Assembly: GCF_006345805.1 (NCBI RefSeq)
Contig: NC_043023.1
Span: forward strand, 4,340,001-4,404,000
Origin: Octopus sinensis
Lineage: Eukaryota
Direction of reading: 5' to 3'
Length of the DNA stretch: 64,000 nucleotides
Made by a program: the position numbers and the translations under genes. The first letter of the stretch is position 1, and each line of letters opens with the position of its first letter. Shown here in pieces: positions 23,728 to 36,560 of the stretch. Below the pieces are notes generated by a model, which searched no databases, had not been told where the DNA came from, and worked only from the letters and a program-made list of their open reading frames with translations.

Positions 23728-24505
23728 GTTAATTCTGAGCTCATGGAACTTAGGTAATCCTTTTTCTTTTGAAGGATGCATACAGAGTATTTTTTGAGCT
23801 TTGCTACTTTTAATCAATTTATTACCTTCACCTTAATGAAAGCAGGTATTTGTTTTCAGTAGTGTTTGTTTGTCTGTGGACAAGATATCTCAAGGACCGC
23901 TGGATGGATTTGGATAAAACTTTCAGGGATATTTGGCCTTGTGACTGGCACAGTCTCATTAGATTTTGGGATCAATCTGGAACTGGACAAGGATTCTGGA
24001 TTATTTTTCCGGTTCTTTTTATCTTATATGTATATGTAAAGTTTCACATATTTCTCTTGTACATGCATGCACATACATATACTCACACACTTTCAGCATT
24101 GAACATTACCATCCCATTTCCATTGTACACACAAACATACCTCCCTTTTACACACACACACACACACACACATATACTAACTCTTCAAACGCTGTTTATC
24201 AGCTTTTTCACTCCTTTCTTCATTATTTATCTATCACCCCTTCCTTTCTCATTCATACGATGATCTCTTTGCCACTTTGTTTCATCTTTCTCATTGTCAT
24301 CACTTTCTCTCACTCTCTCTCTGTCATGGCTATTACTCTCACTACTTCTCCTTCACTGTATTAGTATTTCATCTCCTCTCACCTCGTAATATATATATAT
24401 TTGGATTATTTTTCCGTTTGAGAGGGGTCGGGTTCATTATTAGTACTCTTGTTTGTGAGAACTGTCCAGTTTATTTCAGATATTCTCATCTTAAAAATCA
24501 TGGAT

Positions 24506-24990
24506 GTTAGTTAGTTAATTTGGCTCAAAAGCAAATAGCAAGGCCATGTAGGGGGACATGGAGTTAAGTACAGGGTGGTGTTCATGTAAAGAGTTCAGGC
24601 CACTTGAGGTCCAGGGAGGCTTTGAACAAAGCGGTCGTCGGCATCTTCACCATCTCGTCTGGCAGCTTGTTCCACGGATCCGCAACCCGGACGGAGAAAG
24701 CTCCTCTCCTTCGACTGAGATGAAATCGTCACAGGTAGAGCTTTTCGGAATGACCCCGCAGCCGACGCTCCGGAGCAGGAGTGAAGAACAGCTCTTTCGA
24801 GAGGTTACACTTTCCGCTTATGATGTTGTGGGCGAGAATGAGATCACCACGGCGGCGGCGTTTTTCAAGAGAATAAAGGTCGAGCGTCCTCAGCCTTTCT
24901 TCGTAGGACAAATTTTTGAGACCATGAACCATGCGGGTAGCCAGCTTCTGGACTCTTTTGAGATGCTGTATGTCTTTGAGGAGATAAGGA
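24506..24990 (-). mobile_element. CR1-type LINE 3' fragment
   Basis: The minus strand reads VHGLKNLSYEERLRTLDLYSLEKRRRRGDLI..RLRGHSEKL and FSVRVADPWNKLP, with a (TAAC)n-like tail near 24506. Confidence 0.88.
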
Positions 24991-26620
24991 GATGTTGGTG
25001 TTGTCTTGGTGGAGGTTGGCGTTTTCTGAGTGCTCTTGTTTGTACTGTTATGTTTTTAAAAGAAATTTTCATCATTTTATAACATGCAAATAAATTATTC
25101 ATACATCCATTAATCCTCCATTTTCTTTTGCCCCCCTATACATACACACACACACATACACATATATATATATATGCACACACACATGCGCATACATATA
25201 TACATACATACACATGCAGCTATATATATATATGCGCACGCACAAAAATAATATTTCCAAAAATGGTTTGAAGGGATATACAATCCTGGCAGTTACCATG
25301 TTCACTTTTATCAGTTGTCAATGCCAGCTAGCCACAGTGAGCCTTGAGACTCAAGGTAGTTAAAATTTACTATACTCAGTTAATCCTCACTTGGTAAATT
25401 CAAGTGTCCTTATAAGGACTGCATAGTTTCTGTAAAATCAAGAGAATGGAGATTTGCACATCTAAGTTTTATTATATAGTTATATACACCATTCTTCACT
25501 TAGAGCTGTGCACATTTCTACTGAAAGCCACTGCACACTTGACAGTGTGCATCTTGGTGTTAATTATCGGTGCAACTTCTTTCAGAGTCGTTTATTTCTG
25601 CAGTTCAGATATCATCTGAAAAGATTATGAAGTTGACCAAAATGATTCCAATATGACGTATTAATGTTACTCTTGGCTAGTTTGGTATTTAGTGCTATGT
25701 TTGGTCTTAAAATAGGTCAATGTTTTTGTACATTCCTAATTAATATTCTTGCTAACCATTCCACTAATTTAGAACAATAGAAGTTTGCTTCCCAACCACA
25801 TGGGTTCAATTCCACTGCATTGCAGTCTTCTACTGTATCCTTGTGAGAGGATTTAGTAAATGGAAACTGAAAGAAGCCCACCAATTCTAGTTTCACTTTT
25901 TTATGTATACACACGTATGTGTTTGTATGAGTGAATGTGTGTGGATACATGTATATGTGTGCTTGCATGTGTATATGACTCTATGCATGTGTGTGTGTGT
26001 GTGTAATCAAACAACCCTACCAATACAGTAAGTAGCAGTCAAAGGAGGTTGTGTGGTGGACAAGGCTGAATAAAAATGAAGAAAAACTTTCCTCTTCAGT
26101 CAATCCTCATCAACTTTTTGAAGATCCACTTGGAAGGGAAATTGAGGCTGGAGAGGAAAGTGCTACCTTCCAGTGAATTTATCAAAAGGTAGGTGACTGT
26201 GAAGAAAATGGTTAGGGTGTATGGCTCTTACTCTAAGTATGAGTCTATACATTGGAGAACATCAGTTGGGCAAGGACTCATGGCCTCTGGTGGTCAAGGT
26301 GGTCAAGGTGACCCAGGATCTGTGGGGTTCCTATGCTGGTGATTTTCCAGTATTAGGAGAATTGCATCATCTTTGTGTTCACATACTTTACTATGCTTTG
26401 TACACTTTTGGCAGACTTCAACATGTGTGCCACTGCCTGAATTTGTTGCTTCATAACTTCCAGAAAAATGGATATTTTTTCAATGTAACTTCCTACAAAT
26501 ATGCTACAGACCGTGCGGATTCTGATTTTATCAGAATATGTAGTGAAAAAAAAAAGAGAGCAAAGTGAGGAGTCTCAGAAACTTCGCACGAGACAACATT
26601 CTTTGCTCATAACTTTTAGA

Positions 26621-27833
26621 ATAATGGAAACACCTAGGATCTTAATTTTGAAATATCTATAAAACCGTCAAAAGCTTGTTTATTTTTATGCTTTTTGATT
26701 TATTGTTAGTGTTGCTTAATATGTTTTGCTAAAATTGCTGTTGCTTTATAGATATCATCATAAAAAGGTAATTAAAATTCATTAAAATGACAGATCTATC
26801 AGACTTTCAAAGAGGTAAAATTGTTGGTGCCCGTATGGCAGGTGCTAGCATAGCAAAAACAGCTGAAATGTTTGGTGTATCAAGAAGTACTGTCTCAAAA
26901 GTAATGACAGCCTTTGAGAAAGAGGGAAAAACCTCCTCGTTGAAACAAAACTCAGAAGAAAACCAAAACTTTCAGATAGGGATCGTCAGACTCTTATGCG
27001 AATTGTTAGAAAGGACCACAAAAGTACAGCTCCCAAAATTGCTGCAGAGCTTAATGACCACCTTGAGAACCTAGTTTCCACAAAAACTGTTTGCCGGGAG
27101 CTGCACAAAGCTGGATTTCATGGGAGGGCTGCAATGAGAAAACCACTACTTTCAAAAACAAATGTTGCTAAGCATTTAGAGTTGCTAAGCATTACAGAAT
27201 TGGTCCCTAGAGCAGTGGAAGAATGTTATTTTCTCAGATGAGTCATCCTTTACCTTATTTCTGACTACCGGCTGAGTATACGTGTAGAGACAGCCAAAAG
27301 AAGCATTTGACATGGAGGAGGATCTGCAATGATCTGGTGGGGGTGGGGCTATATCTTTGAAATCCACCAGCCCAATGGTTTCTCTTCATGGCAGAATTAA
27401 TAGTCAAGACTATTTAAGCATTTTATCTGATCAAATCAGAACTGTTTCTGGAAGGAAACGCAATCTTTCAGGATGATAATACACCAATTCACACAGCTAA
27501 ATTTGTTACTGAATGGCACGATGAACATTCTAGTGAAGCTGAACATCTTATCTGGCCACCACAGTCCTCAGACCTCAATATTATCGAACATTTATGGGGC
27601 ATTTTAGAAAATCAAGTAAGGAGTCAATATCCTCCACCATCATCGCTACAAGAACTGGAGACTGTTTTAGCTGAAGAATGGACAAAAATTCCTTTGGAAA
27701 CAATTCAAACTTTGTACAAGTCCATACCTCATAGAATTCAAGCTGTACTTACTGCCAAAGGCGGTCCTACCCCATATTAAAATAAATTTGTTTGAAATTT
27801 TAAGGTGTTTCCACTATTTTGTCCAACCCCTGT
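26621..27833 (+). mobile_element. Tc1-family transposon, frameshifted DD34E transposase
   Basis: Reads MTDLSDFQRGKIVGARMAG.., FSDES, FQDDNTPIH, WPPQSSDLNIIEHLW and ..AKGGPTPY. The right TIR (aggtgtttccactattttgtccaacccctg) is at about 27803-27832. The left TIR survives only as ataatggaaacacct at 26621-26635. Confidence 0.92.
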
Positions 27834-28807
27834 CTCTACAAAATGAAACTTGAGATTTTCATAAAGAATTGTGATGTGCATCAGTACATATGTGTGTGTG
27901 TGCTCACCAGGTTTTTTCCTTTTTTTTTTCACATCAGATTCCAATATAATTGTAATTTACTTACTCTGAAAAGTACTTGTAGAAAATTACATAAAAAATT
28001 CCCAGTTTTTCTAAAATTTATGAGGAAACGAAACCGACTTGTGTGAATTTTCCAAAACTCCTCTCCCCATCCTTGGAAAATTTTCTCTACAAATTCAGAT
28101 ATGAGTGGAATCTGCACCATCTAAAGCATATTTATAGAAACTTTCATTAAATATACATTTTCCTGGAAGTTATAAGGAAACCAAGTTAGTGGGGCACATA
28201 TATGTAGGGTCGTCCTGGCTCTGTAGGGTTCCTTCTCCAGCATCAGGATGACTGCATCATTCATATGTTCACATATGTATACTATTATCTCATTTCATTG
28301 ATTTACCCCTTTCTTTCCCCTCATCTTTTATGTAAAACCTCAACACAAACTGTAGACTGTCCTTGTCATGAACCTGTGCTGGCGGATTTCGGGTTTAATC
28401 CTCCTATATAAACCCTCATAAATTAAAAAAAAATTTTTTTTAATTTTCAGGAAATTTTTGCGAATTTGTTTTACACACGGGAATTCATCCGATTATGATA
28501 AGGGGGGAATTTTGTGTGATTTAAGGGCGATTTAGCTGTTGTTTTTAGCACATCTCATGACCACCAGATACCTTCCTCGTTTGTCACTCTGAAATGTATT
28601 GATGTTTCCTGATATTTTTCCCTGTTAAACACACTTAATGGAAAGATGATGCATCCAAAGTCAATTACTGAAATTTAAGCAAAAAGTCTGAACTGTCCTT
28701 ATTTTAAACTCTGATTTTAAGAAAGAATGTTTAAGAGGGGTTTTCTGACGTACTTAAACCAGAATTCTGCCCCTGTGTCAAATAAAAAAATACTCCTTAA
28801 ATTATTA

Positions 28808-29030
28808 AGGTGACAAACTGGCAGAATCGTTACCGCACGGGACAAAAAATGCTTAGAGGCATTTCGTCCGACTGCTTACGTTCTGAGTTCAAATTCCATC
28901 GATGTCAATTTCGCATGGTTTTTTCTTCGATCTTTATATAAAATAAATATCAGTTGAGCACGGGAGTCGACGTAATAGATTCCCCCCATCTCTCTAAATT
29001 TCAGCCTGTGTCTCTGTAGTGGAAAGGATT
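28808..29030 (+). mobile_element. Short interspersed repeat of the ggtgagctggcagaatcgtta family (others at about 41800-42205 and 62880-63066 minus)
   Basis: Shared head ctggcagaatcgtta...aaatgctta...gagttcaaatt in several copies. Confidence 0.7.
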
Positions 29031-29259
29031 ATTATGTCTTTTTCATTTATTATTACTTATTTTTGTTAACATCATATTCATCTCATTCATTCATCGATCG
29101 CTGATTAAGTTCTCGGCGAAACGAGACCAGACTGCGAATCATTTTCGAAGTTGGAGGAGCAAAAAAAATGCTTTCAATTTCAACTGTCCTGAAATTTCTC
29201 GAGTCTAAAAAATAAAACATGAGTGTATATAAAAAATAATAGTTATTTAATATGTAGGA

Positions 29260-29305
<46 letters not shown>

Positions 29306-30250
29306 ATTTAAATACAGAATTTTAAAGATTGCTTTAAGATGTATAGCGTATTTTATAAATATGCCTGTTCAAGAGTATCTTAATAGTATGAAACTTTTAA
29401 TAGCTCTTTCGGTTGTATATTAAAATTGATGTTTATCTTTCACTGGATGCAGATTTTTTCTCTTCTTTTTGTTGATTCTACAGCTAATTGGATCTTTAAA
29501 TTGCGTGTGTGTGTGTATGTGTGTGCGCGCATTAATTAAATAACGGAAATGTACGACAATTACCGAATTATCCTTTACATCTCTTCCGTGATGAGTGCTC
29601 AGTGAGTTTTTATAATTACACTAAAGATCCCACTATTTTCTTTATTTTTTATTTTGGAGATGCTGTAATGAAATATAAGAAATTAAATTAATGATAATTT
29701 ATTTTATAATAACGTGAGGAGTGTAAAAGAGACTGAGTCCAGTTTAAACGTATTTTTATAATTTTTTATGATTTTTAAACGTATTTTTATAGTTTTGATA
29801 TATTTTAATAATTGTTTTAATTTCATTTATAATTTCAAATGAAAAATAAAATCTAATTAACATAATATAATAAAATAAAATACAAAATCATTTATTCTAC
29901 GTTGAATGTGATGGTTGTATCGTTTTATTTTTATTACTAATTTTTTTCCTATAATGGATCTTGATTTTTATAAGCTCCAATGATAAAATAAATGTGTTGA
30001 AGTAAATTAAAATGAAACAAGTAACAGCTGGACAGATTTATGAAAGACAGAAAATGGAAGAAAGAAGCTATCTTTATAAATGGCGTCATAGAGCGAGGAT
30101 GTAGGAGGCAGCAACAGAGGGAGAGGTGGGAGGTAGCGACAATGAGAGAGGTGGCGTGGAGACAGTGTGGGCGGTGGAGGAAAGCACGGCGGTCGCCTTT
30201 TCACACACACACATATATAATTATATGTATATCTATAATTATATGTCTGT

Positions 30251-30282
<32 letters not shown>

Positions 30283-30350
30283 TATATATATATAAATGTT
30301 CTATAAATACATATACGTTATATATACATACATGTTATATATACATATAT

Positions 30351-30384
<34 letters not shown>

Positions 30385-30484
30385 CATATATGTATGTATA
30401 TATATGTATTGGCTTTTGTTGACATGGAGAAAGCCTTTGACAGGGTCTCCCGATCCCTTATCTGGTGGTCAATGAGGAAACTAT

Positions 30485-30576
<92 letters not shown>

Positions 30577-30794
30577 ATAGGGAGTGGGAGAATTCACGAA
30601 AAAAACAAAAGACGAAGACAGGTGGTGTAGAAAACAAACAGATGTATTAGTATAGCGCTCGGGAACTGTCCCTTTCTGTAGAAGAGCGTAGGCTCGAAAC
30701 GTAAAAGACTTTTTCTATTCCTGAGCGCTTATACTAATACATCTGTTTGTTTTGTACACCACCTGTCTTCGTTTTTTGTTTTTTCGTAAACTTT

Positions 30795-30796
<2 letters not shown>

Positions 30797-30861
<65 letters not shown>

Positions 30862-30871
30862 ATATAAATAT

Positions 30872-30902
<31 letters not shown>

Positions 30903-30998
30903 AATATATATACATATATATAAATATATATATACTTACATATATATATATATATATAATAAATATATATACATACATACATATATATATGTATATAT

Positions 30999-31029
<31 letters not shown>

Positions 31030-31043
31030 ATATATAAATATAT

Positions 31044-31076
<33 letters not shown>

Positions 31077-31237
31077 AATATATATATACATACATATATA
31101 TATGTATATATATATATATAAATATAATTATACATACATATATATATATATATACATATATATAAATATATACATATATATATGTATATATATATATATA
31201 TATAAATATATATACATACATATATATATATAATATT

Positions 31238-31268
<31 letters not shown>

Positions 31269-31550
31269 AATATATATATACATACATATATATATATATA
31301 TATATCATATATATAATATATATATATACATACATATATATATATATCTATATAATATATATACATACATATATATATGTATATATATATATAAATATAT
31401 ATATATATAAATATATATATATACATACATATATATAATATATATATAAATAATATATATACATACTATATATATGTATATATATATAAATATATATATA
31501 ATATATATACATACATATAATATATATATATAAATATATATACATACATA

Positions 31551-31588
<38 letters not shown>

Positions 31589-31596
31589 CATAATAT

Positions 31597-31672
<76 letters not shown>

Positions 31673-31720
31673 CATATGTATACATATATATATATATATT
31701 AATATATATATATATATATA
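30797..31720. repeat. About 920-bp compound (TA)n microsatellite
   Basis: Almost pure TA with TACA and TAAA interruptions. Confidence 0.95.
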
Positions 31721-31721
31721 C

Positions 31722-33783
31722 ATCATCATCATCGTTTAACATCGGCTTTCAATGCTAGCGTGGGTTGGGCGATTTGACTGAGGACTTGTAAACCAGATGG
31801 CTGCACCAGGCTCCAATCTTGATCTGGAGGAGTTTCTACAGCCCTTCCTAACTCCAACCACTCCAAGAGTGTAGTGGGTGCTTTTACGTGACACCGGCAC
31901 GGGGGCCACTCAGGCGGTACAGGCAACGACCTCGCTCGAATGTTTTTTAACGTGCCAATAAGGCTATGCTGATAACGATCACACTCGAATGATGCCATTT
32001 ACGTACCACCTGTACGGAAGCCAGTCAGCTGCTCTGGCAACAATCACGCTCAGATGGTGCTTTTAGCACCCCACAAGCACGGACACCAGTTATCGAATTT
32101 GATTTCAATTTCTATTTCACTTGCCTCAACAGGTCTTCGCAAGCAGAGTTTAGTGATCAAAGAAAGAAAAGGTAAGCATAAGTGGGCTGGTTACATCCCT
32201 GACATACGCCATGAGGTTATGGTCTCATTTGGCTTGCTGGGTATTCTCATGCACAGCATATTTCCAAAAGTCTCGGTCACTAGTCATTCCCTCGAAGGTC
32301 GTGCTTCACCACCTCATCCCAGGTCTTCCTGTGTCTACCTCTTCCACAGGTTCCCTCAACTGCTAGAGTGTGGCACTTTTTCACACCTCTATCTTCATCC
32401 ATTCTCACCACATGACCATACCAGCACAGTCGTCTCTCTTGCACTCCACATTTAATGCTTCTTAGATCCAACTTTTCTCTCAAAGTACTTACACTCTGTC
32501 GAGTATGCACACTGACATTACACATCCATTGGAGCACAGTAGCTTCATTACTTGCAAGCTTATGCATGTCCTCAGCAGTCACAGCCCATGTTTCACTGCC
32601 ATGTAGCATGGCTGTTTGTACACATGCGTCATACAGTCTACCTTTTACTCTGAGCGAAAGACCCTTTACCACCAGCAGAGGTAAGAGGTCCCTGAACTTT
32701 GCCCAGGCTATTCTTATTCTAGCAGCTACACTTTCAGTGCACCCTCCCCTGCTACTGACTTGGTCACCTATCAACTACTTCTAGTTTTTCCCCCTGGAAT
32801 GTGGCAGAAGTTGTTCTCTGCACATTTTCAGTGTTTATAGCACCTGAGCATTTGCCACATACAAAAACTATTTTCCCAGTTAGCCTTCCTTTTATATTGC
32901 TGCACCTCTTATGTTTCCATAGCTTACACATCTTATAGAGTTTCTACCTACAGATCGAGCAGGGCCATCTACCTGAAGGGATTTATGGTTTGCCTGCCCT
33001 CCTACTTATTAGGACTTTGGTTTTAGTTAGGTTGACTTTAAGGCCCTTCGATTCTAATCCTTGCTTCCACACCTGAAACTTCTTGAGTTCTGATAGTGAC
33101 TCAGCAATTAGAGCAAGGTCGTCAGCATAGAGGAGCTCCCAGGGGCATCGTGTTTTGAATTTCTCTGTTATTGCCTGGAGGACTATGATAAATAGGAGGG
33201 GGCTGAGGACTGAACCTTGGTGGTCCCCTACCTACACCCGGAATTCTTCACTGTACTCATTGCCAACCCTCACCTTACTGACAGCATCCCTTTACATGGC
33301 TTGCACAGCTCTCACTAACCATTCATCTATCCCTAGTTTCCTCATTGACCACAGATAAGCGATCGGAGGACCATGTCAAAGGCTTTCTCCATGTCAACAA
33401 AAGCCAGGTACAGAGGTTTATCTTTGGCTAGGTATTTCTCCTGCAGCTGTCTTACCAGAAATATAGCATCAGTGGTGCTTTTCCATGGCACGAACCCAAA
33501 CTGCATCTCATCTAAACTGATTCTCTCCCTAATTACTTGGGCTATGACCCTCTCTGTGACCTTCATTACCTGATCTAACAACTTGATACCTCTATAATTA
33601 TTTGTATCTAAAACATCACCTTTTCCTTTGTAGCTGTTGACTATAGTGCTGCTACACCCGTCATTGGGTATGACTCCTTCGTGTATCAACTGGTTAACTA
33701 TACAGGTGACTAGGCTATAGCCGACACTGCCAGATATTTTGAGCATCTGTGCAGTGATTCCTGATGGGCCAGGGGCTTTCCTT
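31722..33783 (-). mobile_element. RTE-clade LINE, 5'-truncated, disabled RT
   Basis: Reads [47 protein letters not shown], and LHGSETW..WYGHV..KTWDEVV. Has a (GAT)n tail and lies between (TA)n tracts. Confidence 0.93.
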
Positions 33784-33985
33784 GATATATATATATATAA
33801 TGTGTAAAGTTAATCCAAACAAGAAAGCACAAAAAAACACAACAACGCGAGGACGTGAAACAAATATAGTTTTATTGGATGCTCAGGAAAGAAGGAGGGT
33901 TTAACGTTTCGAGCAGAGCTCTTCATCGGAAACATAGAAGGAAAGATACAGAGGAAAAAAAATCGCCAACGGTACACACGCGGTC

Positions 33986-34060
<75 letters not shown>

Positions 34061-34278
34061 ATACATCAATGTTCAGCGAACGGGGGTCGAACCGCGAGCT
34101 TAGGTTCGTTCTTTCGATTTCGGGCACGTCAGGGCGGCGGAGCAACGGGCGACCGTGCTAGCCGCAGTTTGCCATCTTTCATGTTTTTACGGGACGGACC
34201 ACGTCGCCGTATCGACGGCGTGCATCTCGTGAACGCCTTCCGGAATCGGTGGCGGCTACGTCCACGCGTACGGGGGTC

Positions 34279-34870
34279 TGTTTGGAGCTGTGGGATGGTG
34301 GCAAGTCCTGCTGGAGGCTCCAAGATGCACCTTCAAAGTGCTCATTTACCCATGGAAGCAGTTCAGCCTCCAGAATGTTGCTAACATATCCCTGAGTGTT
34401 AATTTTAAAACACGAGGGCACAAAAATGAAGAGAGACCTTCCAGTGACTGTCACAACCACCCAAACCATAACTGACTGTGGATTTTGATGTCAATTTATG
34501 AGTCTACCCTCGACAGAGCCAGATACACTCCAAAGCTGGTCATTCTGATGGTTTACTGTCTGTTTGATGTCAAATTTCTTTTCATCAGTGAAAACCAAGT
34601 TGGGCAGCATGCTTTCGGTAATGTGATGATTTCTCTCCAGTCTCATGGACATATAAACTTGCTTGAGATCATGACGGTGGATCATGTTTTAGGGGGTTGG
34701 TCCTGAGATCCTTCTTTAGCACTTGATACATCAATGTTCAGCTTATTTTTGCTGTGACAGCCAGTATTCTAACACAACAATGAGGATTTTGCCGTATCTT
34801 TTCTCTGGTGGTTTTCATAAGCTGAAGAGTCCATGCACTTCTTTTTTGGCCATGTCCAGGTCGATCAGTG
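34279..34870 (-). mobile_element. maT/DD37D-like Tc1-mariner transposase fragment
   Basis: Reads LVFTDEKKF..NHQNDQLWS and MVWVVVTVTGRSLFIFVP..KINTQGYV..LLPW..WSLQQD. The subfamily is assigned from these motifs; the third catalytic residue is not present. Confidence 0.75.
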
Positions 34871-35092
34871 GTCTAGGGTAATCCTATATTAGAAGGAGAG
34901 AGAATGAGAAAGGGTAAGGGTGACTGGAAGAGAGGAATAGATATGGATGGGGAGAAAGGCTGAGGGAGTCATTGAAAAAAAAGAGCAGTATGGGTCTCTT
35001 ATGGGTATGTGAGGTGCATAATGATGAGAAAGGGTGCTGAGGAAGTAGAGAAGCTGTAGGAATGGGAGGGGAGAGAGAGAAAAGGAGGTAGA

Positions 35093-35131
<39 letters not shown>

Positions 35132-35333
35132 CGGGAAGGCTTATGAAAATAAACAAAAGACGAAGGCAGGTGGAGTACAAACAAACAAATGTATTAGTAT
35201 AGCGCTCAGGAATAGAAATAGAACAAGTCTTTTACGTTTTGAGCCTACGCTCTTCGACAGAAAGATACACAGAAAAGAAACAAGGAGAGAAAAAAATGCA
35301 TGTAGGAGCTAACGGTCCATCATGGCGTATTTT

Positions 35334-35367
<34 letters not shown>

Positions 35368-35369
35368 CA

Positions 35370-35456
<87 letters not shown>

Positions 35457-35719
35457 TATGGAGATATATTATTTGCATAGTAAGTGACTTGATCTGAGAA
35501 TGTGGGCTGAAATGAGATGCAGTACGAAGTTTTGTCAGTGAACAGGTCACGGTTTCAAAGTGCCGAAAATATTTTGACAAAAATTAAATTTAAATGTTGA
35601 GGTAAATCTTGCGGTTTTGTGTCTTTTTAAATGTCTTATAAACACCTTCCATGCGGCAATTATATATATATAATATATATATGCACCTGTGCATACCTTC
35701 CTTCTCGTGACACTTGTGA

Positions 35720-36120
35720 AGACCTGTTGAGGCAAGTGAAAATCAAACCAAATCAAAATAGATGAACATCAATGGAATTTTTATCTTTGTGGTACCAGTG
35801 CCGGTGGCACATAAGAAAACCATCCAAACGTGGCCGTAGCCAGTACCGCATCGACTGGCCTCCGTGCTGTGGGCACGTAACAAACACCATCCTATTGTGG
35901 CCGTTCGCCAGCCTCGTCTGGCACCTGTGTCGGTGGCACATAAAATCACCCACTACACTCTCGGAGTGGTTGGCGTTAGGAAGGGCATCCAGCTGTAGAA
36001 ACACTGCCAGATCTGACTGGCCTGGTGCAGCCTTCGGGCTCCCCAGACCCCAGTTGAACCGTCCAACCCATCCTAGCATGGAAAGCCGACGTTAAACTAT
36101 GATAATGATGATGATGATGA
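35720..36120 (+). mobile_element. RTE 3'-UTR-derived short repeat (others at about 1860-2030, 3000-3330, 11700-12260, 22480-22675, 39640-40010, 42225-42540, 62040-62160)
   Basis: Shares ggaagggcatccagctgtagaaac...ccaacccat.ctagcatggaa...(gat)n with the LINE tails at 5325 and 31722. Confidence 0.85.
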
Positions 36121-36137
36121 TATATATATATGTATAA

Positions 36138-36560
36138 GCGGTGTTATTGTATGGGGCTGAGACATGGCGAACAACAGTTAAGTCAAATAAGCAAATACAA
36201 TCATTCATCAACAGATGCTTGCGTAGTATACTTAAAATTAGATGGCCCAAACACATAAGCAATATGGAGCTATGGCAAAGAACAAATCAAGTTTCGATTA
36301 GGGAGCAAATAGTTAAGAAAAAGTGGAAGTGGATTGGTGGACGAATTAGAAAAGACACACCAAATGTAGGGAAAAGTGCTTTACAGTGGAATCCGGATGG
36401 ATATAGAAGAAAGGTAGACCTAAGAACTTGTGGCGGAGATCAACACAAAAGGAACTAGAGAAAGGGGGACATTCATGGCAGAGTATAAGTACAGAAGCCA
36501 AAAATTATGCGACATGGAATTCAATTACGAGTGGCCTATACTCTGTGATGGAGAGTTAAA
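36138..36560 (+). mobile_element. RTE-like LINE 3' fragment (second family)
   Basis: Reads LLYGAETW..QSFINRCLRSILKIRWP..ISNMELW..KWKWIG..ALQWNP. Confidence 0.82.

Noticed and set aside
24558-25082. 174-aa plus-strand ORF
   Set aside because: It is antisense to the CR1 LINE fragment.
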